64,000 nucleotides of DNA from Eledone cirrhosa. Its lineage: Eukaryota. Below, piece after piece: positions 14,859 to 30,362 of the stretch. Location: assembly GCA_964016885.1 (NCBI GenBank), contig OZ024741.1, positions 14,942,001 to 15,006,000 on the forward strand, read 5' to 3'. A program made the translations under genes and the position numbers. A model generated the notes under the pieces. That model worked only from the letters and a program-made list of their open reading frames with translations. It did not search any database and was not told the DNA's origin. The first letter of the stretch is position 1, and every line of letters starts with the position of its first letter.

Positions 14859-16202
14859 CTAATTGTAATACGTGACGTATTCTATTCTATAGCGATTAGG
14901 TCTTCAAAATGTTTATTATAAACATACAGAATATTTTCGAATATTCTATGTCTATATTCACATATATATCGCTATTTCAGAGCATTTATTCCAATTTCTA
15001 ATTTCTGCCGGACCGGCAACCGCTCTTTCAAACCAGTTCCTGTACACAGCTAAGTATTCTATAAGTCTCTAGCTGTGTCATTCTCGATAAAAGCACTGGA
15101 TATGTAGTCCTGAAGATTTCTAATAAGAATGAAACGCGTAGATTACTTCCCTTGCTTTTATCGAGAATCTAATTGTAATACGTGACGTATTCTATTCTAT
15201 AGCGATTAGGTCTTCAAAATGTTTATTATAAACATACAGAATATTTTCGAATATTCTATGTCTATATTCACATATATATCGCTATTTCAGAGCATTTATT
15301 CCAATTTCTAATTTCTGCCGGACCGGCAACCGCTCTTTCAAACCAGTTCCTGTACACAGCTAAGTATTCTATAAGTCTCTAGCTGTGTCATTCTCGATAA
15401 AAGCACTGGATATGTAGTCCTGAAGATTTCTAATAAGAATGAAACGCGTAGATTACTTCCCTTGCTTTTATCGAGAATCTAATTGTAATACGTGACGTAT
15501 TCTATTCTATAGCGATTAGGTCTTCAAAATGTTTATTATAAACATACAGAATATTTTCGAATATTCTATGTCTATATTCACATATATATCGCTATTTCAG
15601 AGCATTTATTCCAATTTCTAATTTCTGCCGGACCGGCAACCGCTCTTTCAAACCAGTTCCTGTACACAGCTAAGTATTCTATAAGTCTCTAGCTGTGTCA
15701 TTCTCGATAAAAGCACTGGATATGTAGTCCTGAAGATTTCTAATAAGAATGAAACGCGTAGATTACTTCCCTTGCTTTTATCGAGAATCTAATTGTAATA
15801 CGTGACGTATTCTATTCTATAGCGATTAGGTCTTCAAAATGTTTATTATAAACATACAGAATATTTTCGAATATTCTATGTCTATATTCACATATATATC
15901 GCTATTTCAGAGCATTTATTCCAATTTCTAATTTCTGCCGGACCGGCAACCGCTCTTTCAAACCAGTTCCTGTACACAGCTAAGTATTCTATAAGTCTCT
16001 AGCTGTGTCATTCTCGATAAAAGCACTGGATATGTAGTCCTGAAGATTTCTAATAAGAATGAAACGCGTAGATTACTTCCCTTGCTTTTATCGAGAATCT
16101 AATTGTAATACGTGACGTATTCTATTCTATAGCGATTAGGTCTTCAAAATGTTTATTATAAACATACAGAATATTTTCGAATATTCTATGTCTATATTCA
16201 CA

Positions 16203-16246
<44 letters not shown>

Positions 16247-16250
16247 TGTT

Positions 16251-16287
<37 letters not shown>

Positions 16288-16323
16288 GTATATATATTAT
16301 ATATATATATATATTAACATAAA

Positions 16324-16437
<114 letters not shown>

Positions 16438-16641
16438 TATATATATATATATATATATGTTTATATATATATATGTTTATGTATATATATATGTTTATGA
16501 CTTGTAACCCAACAGTTGGAGGAAAAATGTAGCAGACTTGAAAACGCACATATAGACTCACACACACTCACACACATATAGACTCACACGCATATAGACT
16601 CACACGCACAAACTCATACAGATACACACATATTGCACACA

Positions 16642-16716
<75 letters not shown>

Positions 16717-16724
16717 ACACACCC

Positions 16725-16755
<31 letters not shown>

Positions 16756-17086
16756 TGTGTGTGTCTGTCACTCTCTATATGTATATGTTAGTGTATCTGT
16801 ATATATGTGTGTATATGTATGTGTCCTTCTCTGTATATATGTATGCGGGCATCTCTGTATATATGTGTGTGTGTGTATCTCTGTATATATGTGTGTGTGT
16901 ATCTCTGTATATATGTGTGTGTGTGTATCTCTGTATATATATGTGTGTGTGTCTATAGGTATATGTGTGTGTGTGTGTGTGGGTGCGCATAGCTGTTCAT
17001 AACATTTAATGGAATCTTAATCGCTCGTTACACTTGGGCGACTTTCCACAACACTATTTATATATTCAGGGAAATATTGCCGCTTA

Positions 17087-17133
17087 CAACAACTACAACA
17101 ACAACAATAACAGCTGCATCTACAACAACAACA

Positions 17134-17195
<62 letters not shown>

Positions 17196-17524
17196 AACAA
17201 CAACAGCTGCATCTACAACAACAACAACAGCAACAACAACTACAACAGCAACAACAACAACAACAACAGCAACAACAACAACAACAGCTGCATCTACAAC
17301 ACCAACAACAACAACAACAGCTGCATCTAAAACAATAATAACAACTGCATTCACAACATCAACATTAACTAGAACAGCAACCACAGCAATTACAACCATA
17401 TTAACCAAAGCATCATTTGCAACAACAGCAACAACTGCAGCAGCAACAAGATTCCATTAATAACACCAGCATCATGTGAAGCAGCAGAAGTAGCAGGCAT
17501 CACCTTTAACAATCGTAACAATAG

Positions 17525-17573
<49 letters not shown>

Positions 17574-17660
17574 TACTACTACTGATGCTACTACTACTAC
17601 TACTACTGATGCTACTACTACTACTACGATGACAACGAAATCGACGACTACTACTACTAA
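17087..17660. repeat. (CAA)n/(CTA)n compound trinucleotide repeats
   Basis: Direct observation. Confidence 0.9.
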
Positions 17661-18499
17661 TATAATACTATTGCTGTTGCTACTACTATTGCTGTTGTTA
17701 TTGGTGCTGTTGCTCCAACAGCAACAATAACAACAACGACAATATCTCTACAGGCATTTCCCACATTGTATTAGCTTTTATTGTAGTGTTTTCAGATGAC
17801 AGAAACATGCGTCTCTGGATAGAATCTAATCCCTCAACAAATTAACTCAGTCAAGTAACAGAACGAATCTTACAGTGTTGCCACTTCTTCCAGTAGTATA
17901 TGAAATTATACCACAGTCCTGCTCCTGATTACATTGTGGTATCTAATACAGTGGAATGGACTGTTAATACTTGTGTATCTTTTCCATAGACACAATACAG
18001 TTATCTTTACCATAGTAAGACTACCTACTTACAACGTTGAGTTCTTTAAGTTATTCATACATTCGTACATACATACGTACATACATACGTAGATTCATAC
18101 ATACATTATGTGTTTAGAGGGTCTGTATATGTGTCTCTACAGTCACACCAAATACAAAAGGATTATAGATAAACATTCACAAATGACATGTTATTGTTAA
18201 TTTTTTAATCAACAATATCTAGTATTTACTATTGCTATTTTTTGGAACCTGCCTATGTCTATCCTCAAAGGTAATCTGTCAATGACTTTACAAAAATGTT
18301 TTGCTATCATGGCTTAGATGCAATTCTTATTGTTTCTAGAATTGGAATTGATAAGTTAATATCTGTATACATTCCAGTTGTATAATTCCAAATGGGATAA
18401 TAGATATATTTCTTAGATTGAATAAATATATACAACAGTTTAAAAAAGGCTCTCAATACTTTTGTGAAAGTGACGTCCAAACGAATATCTTCCGCTACC

Positions 18500-18720
18500 A
18501 ACTAACTTACCCCCCGCCGACAGGATGGAGAATACATTGCCCCGGAAGAGGGCGGGGAAACGCGCTGGAACAGCCACTCCACACTGCAGGGCTCGCACCT
18601 GCGTGCGGCTATATCCAGCCCGATAGCAGCAAGCAGGGATGTGGTCCGGGGCCAAGAACCCCGGACGCCTCCATTACTATAGGCTCTCAGATATATTCCT
18701 TAATTGCCATAATATTGTTT
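18500..18720 (-). mobile_element. CRE-like non-LTR 3' fragment
   Basis: Across frameshifts: EPIVMEASGVLGP...RRCEPCSVEWLFQRVS..ALFRGNVFSILSAG. Confidence 0.72.
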
Positions 18721-19687
18721 AGTTGAGCTGCTATATCGGTGTATGTCTTTAGCTGTCTAGCTCACTTCCTCACGCCATTGTATCTATTTAGTAATGTTAT
18801 GTCGAAAGCAACGAAACACCAACCTCTAACGAATCTGTAAAACATTACTTTATGAATAGTCCACAGTTCCATTTATTCTTCTATACAAAGTAATGTAGTA
18901 AATGTTGGCTACTATGATTAATATCGTAATCTAAATATCTATATTTTAATCCATTCAAATTGCACTCGTAATGAGAAGGGAAATGTTAGTGTTAATGATA
19001 ATCTTTGTCAAAGAAGGCAAGGTAGAGAACTCCGAAAGTAAAATTTGAGAGTAAATATAGCTTTAGTAGTAGGTAGAAGGCAAGGAGCAGCATAGCTGAA
19101 TGGTTAAGACATTCACTTGGTAATCAATAGATCTTTGTCGAATCTTAGGCAATTTTATTTACCACAATTTCGGGTTGATCCATATATTGTGAATAAAATT
19201 TGGTAGACGGAAACTGGAAGCTCGTTGATTGGACTATACCTGTAATTCTAGAGCCCAGCTTTGCCATTCTTTGTGTCACACTGAATCTCCCTGAGAAATG
19301 TGGAAAATGTTCAGCCACTAACACGTTAATTTCATTTGCAAGTTATTCCGTTGACCAAACAATAGGAAGAGTCATAGCCGAAATTGACGGAGGTCCTTTC
19401 TATTCTAATATAGAAGAATAGCCAAGTTTTCCATCTGCTATCTGCTCTGTTACTTTCCTTGGTCATCTTTATATGGTCATATTATATAATACATGATCAG
19501 TAGACATGGTCAGACATTGATGTATGCCAGCTATTAACAATACATGGTCAAGCAATTGTTTCTATTTACTATAGGACCAATAGATTGAGTAAATATAGAT
19601 CTTTAATTTTATAGTGTTACATTAGCAATATATAAAGGCCGGGTAATTAGAAGATTGTAATTAGCGTCTCCGTTAACCTTACCAGTG

Positions 19688-19760
<73 letters not shown>

Positions 19761-19964
19761 GGAATACTGTTGGCTTTTCGCTACAATGTTTTCTATACCT
19801 TTCATTTATATATATATATATATAGGTATGTATGTATACGTACATACATATATGTATACAGACGTACGGTAGTATGTATATATATATATACATGCACACA
19901 TATATATGTACGTATCAGCCGTACTAAGAGTGAGAAATGAAATTTCGTTTCATTCTTTTCCATT

Positions 19965-19995
<31 letters not shown>

Positions 19996-20038
19996 TAGAA
20001 AAGGGAAGTAGGGTTCTATACAAAACAATCAATATATG

Positions 20039-20100
<62 letters not shown>

Positions 20101-20377
20101 GTTTGTATTCCACCCTATTAATCTTGTCTCTGTCAATGATATACTACTTCTATGTCGATGATATAATACTTTTATCTATACCTACTAACTACTGGTTTAG
20201 ATATTAATAGTCATCGGGTGTCTCATTCACGACTAGTACTTGACTGGTACTTTATGTCTGTACCTCGAAACATTGAAAGACAAAATTATCAGAGAGCCGT
20301 AATACAGTAAGACATTCTACAAGTTGTTCTAACCATTTCGCCAAGTCACGGTGCTACATTAAAGATACAGTCTCGTT

Positions 20378-20785
20378 ATAATTGTTTCTACTTTTGGCAC
20401 AAGGCCAGCAATTACCCCAGTGCATTACTGGTACTTTATTTTATCGACCCCCATATGGATGAAAGGCAAAGTTAACCTCGACGGGATTTGAACTCAGAAT
20501 GGCAAGGGCCGTAACTCTATACGTCAAAGCATGGCGTCCGACCCTCTACCGATACTGCCAATCCGCCATCTCATTATAATGTGATAAAGTAAGGCGGTGG
20601 ATTAGCAGTATCGGTAGAGGGTCAGACGCCATGCTTTGACGTATAGTGTTACGGCCCTTGCCATTCTGAGTTCAAATCCCGCCGAGGTTAACTTTGCCTT
20701 TCATATTTACGGGGTCGATAAAATAAAGTACCAGTAATGCACTGGGGTAATTGCTGGCTTTGTGCCTAAAGTAGAAACAATTATA
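20378..20785. mobile_element. Head-to-head pair of S1 SINEs (20378-20568 minus; 20593-20785 plus)
   Basis: Two near-complete, highly similar copies in inverted orientation about 25 bp apart. Confidence 0.9.
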
Positions 20786-21104
20786 TAATAAATGATAAGT
20801 TGGTCTTATATCAGAATTTCGAGATGTGAAGGTGTTATGACTGTTGGTGTTTAGTCTCGGCTCAAACCTAATCCAGCACACATGATCAAAGGGATTATTT
20901 TACCTTTGATCTTCACGCGTTGTACCCACCTTTTCATAAACATACAATTAGTTCATGGTTTCTATGATGTTTGGGTTTGTTTTGAACGATGTTTGGCTAG
21001 TGTTTCTTGAAGGACAAGACATCAAGCAAGAGCGCTATTGCTGTCTAAAAACATCTGTCTGATAAAATGACAAGTCAGTCAATCATATTGGTGGCCTCCC
21101 CACA

Positions 21105-21285
21105 GCCCCGGGGGACAGAATACAGAAGGTGTTTACCCGAAGGACGACAAGGGAGATGCGCTGGAAAAGCTATTTTCAGCTCGCGGGGCTCACACCTGCG
21201 ACTGGCAGCAGGCGCCTATGGTGGTCAGTATTACTTGATGGCTGAGAGAGATATTTGAATCAGGTGTTTCATTGGCCGACACAGA
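21105..21285 (-). mobile_element. CRE-like non-LTR 3' fragment
   Basis: SRRCEPRELK*LFQRISLVVLRVNTFCILSP; nucleotide similarity to 18550-18605. Confidence 0.68.
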
Positions 21286-21518
21286 TAGAAGAGACAGTAA
21301 AAGACGTCACGAGAGAAAACATGCAAGATACAGCCAATCACAGGCAGTTCTGTCTTCTGATTGGTTGGATTTAATTTGTATTTTATTGACGGTGCCATCC
21401 GTAAATATTACAATGAATTCATTGACACGTGAAAAGGAATATATACAAATTGAAACAGAAAAAACATACCTACACACACACACACACACACACAGAGACA
21501 CACACACACACACATACA

Positions 21519-21622
<104 letters not shown>

Positions 21623-22069
21623 CATATGAATGTATATACATATATATGTATATACATTATATAATTAATATATATATATATATATATATATAAGCGGATG
21701 TAAAATGATGATGATGGTGACGATGATGATAATGATGATGTATTTGGAAATGTATATATTTCTATATATGTATATATGTATGTGTATATGTATATATTTC
21801 TGTATATAAGTATGTATATATGTATGTATATAACAAACTTAAATAAGAGAGTTATATAGAAGCTCAATGTGATAGGAAAATGTGACGGTGATCATCGGGC
21901 ATAATCGAACCTAGAACTATATTCCATGACGACACGACATAGTAAAGCATCAAACTTTGAGGTTAAAATACTGGATCAAACCAAGATATTGTTATTACTG
22001 TCATATCACATGACCAACAGCAGAAAGGAGACAATCACTGAACTGCCATATATGTATGTATGTTTGTCA

Positions 22070-22700
22070 GATCGACCCTCAGTCTTTGTCAGGCTATTCT
22101 TCTAGGAGAAGGCAACTCAGGAAACTGGGATAACTCCGATATAAAACCTGCGGCTCAGTAGTTACAGATGATGTTGATCTTTTCTTCTTTTCGGGTTATA
22201 GCTACTGTCTCTCAGAGAGTGGGATTGGCTCAGTGCACAGTCTTTCCTCACTTTAAAAAAATATCTTCACGCACAGGCATTGCACGATAGCAATAATTAA
22301 TAATTATTAATAATGTTATATCGTGGAATGGTCATACTCGATAACGAGGGGGCAGATATCATGTGTGTATGTATGTATGTATGTATGTATGTATGTATGT
22401 ATGTACGTATGTAGAGGCGGAGGAGTTCAGCAGAGTCAACGGCCATCTAAATAGCAGTTTTTTTTTGGGGGGGGGGGGTTTCACCTGGGAGTGAAAGGCC
22501 TCCAGTTGTTGTCACAACACCTTTCTAGGAGAGAGAAACACTGAAAAAAAAACCTGCGGCTTCGGAAGCATCCAATGATGTTGACTAGTTCTCCTTTTCA
22601 GGTAGTGTTTTCGAAGCTCAGAGAGTGGGATTCGTCGAGTGCTAGGCCTTTCCCCACCTAAAAAAACCTTCAAAGTACAGGCATTGCTTGTTCAGGATAT
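22070..22700 (+). mobile_element. Two old fragments related to the RTE-derived element at 54347
   Basis: Shared TTCTAGGAGAAGG, AAACCTGC, GATGTTGA, AGAGAGTGGGA and CACAGGCATTGC blocks. Confidence 0.65.
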
Positions 22701-22932
22701 GTTACAAATTCGTGTGGCTGGCCGTAGCCTAAAAGTGCACCATTTTCTATAATTTGACAAGTGATTGCAATACTCTTAACAGAGTTTGCAGCAATCATGT
22801 ATGTGTGTATGTACGTGTGTATATATGTATATATGTATGTATATATGTATGTGAGTATGTATGAAAGTATGTATGCATTTATATATGCACGTATATATAT
22901 ATGTATATGTCTGAATGTATCTATTTATAAAT

Positions 22933-22995
<63 letters not shown>

Positions 22996-23488
22996 AGAAA
23001 TGTATGTATGTAGTTATACAAGTTAATATATATTAATATATATATTTTTTTATATTTCAATTTTTATACCATCGTTGCGAAACATATTTAGGTTTCGAAG
23101 TTCAAATTCATCTACGGAGCAGGTTTGGATTTTGAAATTTAAATTTGTCCAGGAATCACGGCTTTTGCCAATATAAGCTTGTCTTTATTGACTTATATCG
23201 AGACAGACAAATTATATTCATTTTAATTAGTTTATTTCATTCTAGCTAACTTTGTCTCTTACAATACAAACACGTATGTCTTTATCATATATTAATATAT
23301 ATTAACTTGTATTTCACTGCTCCGAAATGCTTCTTTCTTTGAGCTGATTAATTGTAAATGACTTTGAGTTTAAACTCTAAATATAATATAATGTATGTAT
23401 TTATATATGGATGTATTTATGTATGGATGTAGGTATGTATTTATGTATGGATGCATGTATTTATGGATGGATGTAGGTATGAATATGA

Positions 23489-23529
<41 letters not shown>

Positions 23530-23771
23530 GTGTAAACGAAACATCCCCGTTTTTTTCTTATATATATATATATATATATATACATAGATATGTAAGTAGG
23601 TAGGGTCTAATGATACTGCATATAAATGTTACATTTCTCAGATGAATGAGAAAAAGATTATTAATTAGAAATGAAATAACTTGGAAAGATATCACCATGA
23701 TAGTAATTATAGGAAACTCCTATATTAACGGTGTGTATATACACACAAACATGTATGTATATATATATATA

Positions 23772-23865
<94 letters not shown>

Positions 23866-23972
23866 TATATATATGTACATATATATATATATGTGTATAT
23901 ATAGTAAAGGTTAGGTGGAAATATCCAAGAGTAAGAGCACTCAGTCCATAGGACAAGTTTAGTATAAATAAT

Positions 23973-24159
23973 TGTTTCTACTTTAGGCACAAGGCCACCA
24001 ATTACCCAGTACATTACTGGTACTTTATTTTATCGACCCCGTAAGGATGAAAGGCAAAGTCAACCTCGGCGGGATTTGAACTCAGATCGTAAAGGGACGT
24101 AACTATGCTGGAAAGCATGGCGTCCGACCCTCTACTGATACTGCCAATTCACCGCCCTT
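23973..24159 (-). mobile_element. Full-length S1 SINE with 18-bp target-site duplication
   Basis: AAGTTTAGTATAAATAAT at 23955-23972 and 24162-24179. Confidence 0.93.
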
Positions 24160-24327
24160 CTAAGTTTAGTATAAATAATGACAACAGTGACATAAACTGG
24201 TACTTAAGTTTCGTTTGGTTCTGGACCCCAACTAATTCAGGATGTCATTTATTTTTATTATGGTAGGCTGAATGAGCTGATGTCTAGAACCCAATGAAAC
24301 ATGACTATCTCTCTACATATATATATA

Positions 24328-24592
24328 TCTATCTATCTAAGGCGGGTAAAATTCCCGAGATCCATGGACGAGTTCTCTCCAGCGGTCTCTGTCCCTCATT
24401 ATCGCTGCCATATCCTGCATCTCCAACAGACCAGTGTCTGTCCTTAGGGCATCAACATATGTTAACCTTGGTCTTCCTCTTCTAGTGTGTCCATGTAGGG
24501 GCTCCCAAAGGAGCACTGAGTGCAATGTCAACTCTGGATGTCGGTGAGCATGTCCAGCCAACCTCAGTCTTCTCTGTGTCATATATAAAGAA
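24328..24592 (-). mobile_element. 5'-truncated RTE-type LINE 3' end with (TAGA)n tail
   Basis: TQRRLRLAGHAHRH...LLWEPLHGHTRRGRPRLTYVDALRTDTG...DRDRWR; near-identical to 33316-33622. Confidence 0.88.
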
Positions 24593-24666
24593 AGAAGAGT
24601 GACATGGTTTGCTATACAACTGGACTGCATCTAAGTGGACTACCTATAACAATAATTTGTTATCCC

Positions 24667-24706
<40 letters not shown>

Positions 24707-24711
<5 letters not shown>

Positions 24712-24952
24712 TTAATTCAAAATATTAACAAAATAGATATTCTTGTGATCAAGTATAGTTTATTATACATATTTCAGAGATACTGAGTTAACTTCAACAG
24801 TACGTCCTCATCAGATAAAATAAGATGATGCATGACATACCCTGACATAGTAAATGGTATTAATAACTCTAGAAAACCAATATTGTTGAGTGCTTCCAAT
24901 CTATTGTAATACTCATTCTTTGATTTATTCATTGAACCTTGTTTAACCTTTA
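24707..24952. mobile_element. HHR element family H1 (HHR on minus at 24759-24819, joined to plus-strand tail)
   Basis: Minus strand TTTAT-CTGATGA-GGACGTACTG..CAGTATCTCT-GAAA-TATGTATA^ATAAA. Confidence 0.8.
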
Positions 24953-24972
24953 AATATATATATATATATATA

Positions 24973-25208
<236 letters not shown>

Positions 25209-25425
25209 GTGTGTATGACTATACGTAGGATACAATTGCAAGAGGCATTCACCTCAATTATATAAGGTATATATAATCGCCATGATTACCAAGGGCGTGG
25301 GATTTCTCTCAATTATCGTTGCTCGAATAATAATTCTCTACTTTCATCCATATGTCGGTGAGAGGAGAGAGAGAGAGAGGAGGGAGGGTTAGAGAGAGAG
25401 AGCGAGAGGGAGAGGGGTAAGGGAG

Positions 25426-25479
<54 letters not shown>

Positions 25480-25930
25480 GTAGTATTGGGTGAATGTAGC
25501 GAAACTAGTAAGAGGGAATGGGATTATTGCCAGTTTGTCCCTATAGGTGGAGCAACGATAGTTGAGAGAAATCACACGCTAAATAAATATGAAGTCACGC
25601 AATCTACTGAGTGTGATTTTAGTTCACGTGTTCGATTTCCGGGACGGGCAGAACTGTTTGACTTTGAGCAATATACGTCATTGAACATTCATCTAGTTCA
25701 CTAAGTTGTACCTGTAATTTAAAGGGTCACACGTCCTGCTGAATCTCCCTGAGAACTAGGTTAAGGGCACACATCTCTATGGAACTAGTTAATTACAAAA
25801 GAAGGCGGTTCTATTGACTGAATTAACTGGTATACACGTCAATGGAATAACATTGACGTTATAACTACAACATGTATATACAAATATATATACATATGTA
25901 TGTGTATATATATATACAGGCGAGTGAAAA

Positions 25931-25964
<34 letters not shown>

Positions 25965-25970
<6 letters not shown>

Positions 25971-26385
25971 CAGGCGTGTGAAAATAATTATATATATATA
26001 TATATATATATATAAATGGAAAAGAATGAAACGAAATTTCATTTCTCACTCTTAGTACGGCTGATACTTAAATGTAAGTATGTATACGTACATACATATA
26101 TGTATACAGACGTACAGTAGTATGTATATATATATATACATACATGCACACATATATATATGTATGTATGGGTTTCCCGAACATTTATTATAATGTTCGG
26201 TTTAATGTTTTGTTTACAAACAAACCGAACATTATAATAAATGTTCGGTAAAGCCATACGTACATATATATATATGCATGTATGTATATATATACATACT
26301 ACTGTACGTCTGTATACGTATATGTATGTACGTATACATACTTACATATATATATATAAATAATTATTTTCACACGCCTGTATGT
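25965..26385. repeat. Fold-back with central hairpin (~26166-26259)
   Basis: AGGCGTGTGAAAATAATTAT, CAGACGTACAGTAGTATG and CCGAACATTTATTATAATGTTCGGTTT are each mirrored. Confidence 0.8.
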
Positions 26386-26387
26386 TT

Positions 26388-26483
<96 letters not shown>

Positions 26484-26485
<2 letters not shown>

Positions 26486-26669
26486 ATAATTGTTTCTACT
26501 TTAGGCACAAGGCCAGCAATTACCCAGTGCATTACTGGTACTTTATTTTATCGACCCCGTGAGGATGAAAGGCAAAGTCAACCTCGGCGGGATTTGAACT
26601 CAGGTCATAAAGGGACGTAACTATGCTGGAAAGCATGGCGTCCGACCCTCTACCGATACTGCCAATCCA
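26484..26669 (-). mobile_element. S1 SINE inserted into the terminus of an H4 element
   Basis: AGTAATAAT duplicated on both sides; the right flank continues as the H4 tail (GAAGACTAAAATCCA). Confidence 0.88.
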
Positions 26670-26784
26670 AGTAATAATAATAAATTTGAAGACTAAAATC
26701 CAGCGAACGTTACCACGAACCAAAGTATCGTCTTCCTGTCTTCCTCCGGTTGCAACGTCTTTTGAAATATCCAGTTCTGCGTTT

Positions 26785-26860
26785 ACAGATTGACTTTGTT
26801 AGTTTCAGAAGATCCCGTTAAGGGTGAAAGCAGCGATTCTTTGCTTAAACTTTAATCTGT
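26785..26860 (+). ncRNA. Type I HHR fold with variant core CAGAAGA (family H4)
   Basis: ACAGATTGA-ctttgtt-AGTTT-CAGAAGA-tCCCgttaaGGGt-GAA-AGCA-gcgattctt-TGCT-T^AAACT-TTAATCTGT; all three stems close. Confidence 0.7.
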
Positions 26861-26867
26861 TATTTTA

Positions 26868-27574
<707 letters not shown>

Positions 27575-27821
27575 TTTACACGCGTACACTCAATTTTCAC
27601 ATACATATATATTATTATTTATACGCGTGTGTATGTGTTTGTGTATAAGATGGTATATATGTATGTTTGTATTGGGTGATGGATTGTGATCGAAAATTAT
27701 TAGAAATAAATATACAGCCAGACATCTATTTCTGATATTAAGTGAAACTTGATACATATTTGAACACATTCATGCCTGCCTCAACAGACGGACACACACA
27801 CACATGGACACGCATACATAC

Positions 27822-27954
<133 letters not shown>

Positions 27955-28444
27955 TGTGTGTGTGGATCTGTGTGTGTTTGTGTATGAAGGTATATATATG
28001 TATTTGTACGCGCATGTATGTTATGTATTCCAAATAACTGCCTTCATCAGACAATATGAATATAAAATCCGCTGGAACAAACTTCCTCATTTGCATATTA
28101 ATGATTTCAAATATTTGTATAAGACCAGTAATGTCCCTTTATTGCGGGTGAAGGATGTGATGAGGGAAAACTGATTAGATCAACCCGCACCAGACTGATT
28201 CTTATTCCTCAACCCCAGGAAGAGGGCTGTTGTGCGATTTAAGATCGTGTTCAAATCAATAATGGTTTAGACTCAAGGCGATCGATTATAGGGGACGGGA
28301 AGTGTGTGTGTGTGTATGTGTACATTTGTATGCTCTCACTCACACATGCATGCACAGAGACGCACACATACGCATTCATATATATATAATATACAAATAT
28401 ACATATAAATATATATAAATAAATATATATACTTATTTATATAT

Positions 28445-28499
<55 letters not shown>

Positions 28500-28744
28500 G
28501 TATGTATATATATATTTGCTCAGACACAATTCTCCCTCCCTACATTAGCTAGTCACTCCATATCCTATAATGTTGTAAAGAACTTATGGTTGGTTTAAAA
28601 GATTTTAGGATTAGTTATTTTTCTGCTTTGCGTGGGAGACATTGGACATTGTTCCAAATGAAGAATTTAATTTCATTCAATAGATTGGGATGAAATAGAA
28701 GAAATAAACAAACAAGAATACAACATTTGTTCTTAATTTTAATA

Positions 28745-28953
28745 AAAATGGTTTCTGATTTAGGCACAAAGCCAACAATTTTAAGGGAACGGAATTTCGA
28801 TTTAATCGACCCCAGTGTATTACTAGTGCTTTATTTTATCGACCCGATAAGGATGAAAGGCAAAGCTAATCTCGGCGGGATTTGAACGCAGAATAAAAAG
28901 GGCAGTAACTCTATACCACGAAGCAGGTGTGCCACCATCTTCCGATACTGCCA
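28745..28953 (-). mobile_element. Older S1-type SINE (partial copy also at ~30362-30460)
   Basis: Similarity to 1666-1890. Confidence 0.8.
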
Positions 28954-28954
28954 A

Positions 28955-30362
28955 AAGTGTGGAAAACTGGTAAGGTGTGATGTGATGGAATCGAACTACC
29001 AAACGGTGATAGAATCAAGTCAATGGAAACAGACGAATAATATAAATATCGAGGTATGCTACAGAGCCATGAAGTAAATAGCAAATATGAAAGAAATTAT
29101 GAGAAGGGAGTACTTTCGGAGATTGACGACGATCCTCACGTCCAGTTTGAATGATGGAAAAAAATGTGTAGGAAATAAACACCAGAGCTGCTTCATTAAT
29201 TAGGACGAAACTAGAGTTTAAGGAAAATGTTTATTAGCTATTGAAGTATGCTTCTACAAGATAATACAGATGCAGGAAGGCTCTATTGGAAAAGAAAGGA
29301 GGGGACTGAGGTTTGCTGCGTGTACAGGATGCTGTCAAAATAGAAGAAAGTGGTTTGGGCTACTACATAAAAAAGAAATAAAAGTTTATATTGGAGTTTT
29401 TTAGGGATGGTATATTTGAGAAAAATGGAGACCCAGAAAACACAAAAACTGTGATTGCCGAAGAGCGTAAAAAAGCATTTGATGAAAATCCTCCGAATTC
29501 AGTGTGATAAGAAAAATAATTGGTTATGGTTAAGGAAAGGCTACATTAAAAAGAAATGGTAGGACTTATATTAGAACCGATCAAGCCATAAGAACAAGGA
29601 GGATAATGAAAAACGTAGACAAGAATGATGTTCAATCTTAATGTAGAAGTTGTGGGGAGAAAGCGGAGACGCTCATGTCGTTTCAGAGAGTAACCAGTTA
29701 GCCCAGAATGATCACAAAAAAGGCAAACATGGATAAAGTAGCTACACTGTTACACTGGAGTTTGTGTAAAACATGGATTTCTATCTACAGAAAGAAAGTT
29801 ATGAACATGGTATCATAAATGAGGTGAGAGTGCTAGAAAACGATAAGATAACGCTCTTATGGGACTTCCCAATTCAGACCGAAATGAAGATTGAAAACAA
29901 GAGACCCGATATTATTGTAATTGAGAAGGAGGAAAGAAACTGTACTTTCATAGATGTAGTGTGTTCATTTGACTCCAAAATTGAACGAAAAGAGAAGGAA
30001 AAAGTTGGGGCTTATACCGTATTAAAATAGATCTTGACATACTGGAGTAATGAAGTAAAGTCAGTCACCATTGTCACAGTAGTGACTGGTGCTCTTGGCA
30101 TGGTGACAAAGAACCTAGACAATTACCTGTCAAAAATAAACTTTGCACAAGGGATTGAACCATTCCAGAGGTCATGCCTACTGCGAGCAACCCGAAAATT
30201 GAGAAGCTTCTGAACTACCAGCAATAATGAAATCACAAGGAACGATATGAAAATGTTGGAATTACCCTAGGTTACTAGTTGTGGCCCGGTATTCCCTGAA
30301 ATAACCGACCCAAAACAACATCAATGTTCGTGGAGATAAATAGTCAAATAATAATGATAATG
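28955..30362 (+). mobile_element. Degenerate R4/Dong-like non-LTR retrotransposon 3' part (RT end, CCHC knuckle, RLE endonuclease)
   Basis: CRSCGEKAET knuckle remnant; LLWDFPIQTEMKIENKRPDIIVIEKEERNCTFIDV..KEKEKV..Y (RLE RPD motif); (TAA)-type tail; many stops. Confidence 0.85.

Noticed and set aside
18504-18512. Minus-strand splice donor suggesting an exon at 18510-18680
   Set aside because: The region is a frameshifted CRE-like fragment
21270-21370. Cluster of CCAAT boxes and a GACGTCA site as a promoter
   Set aside because: Short motifs with no linked gene or TSS evidence
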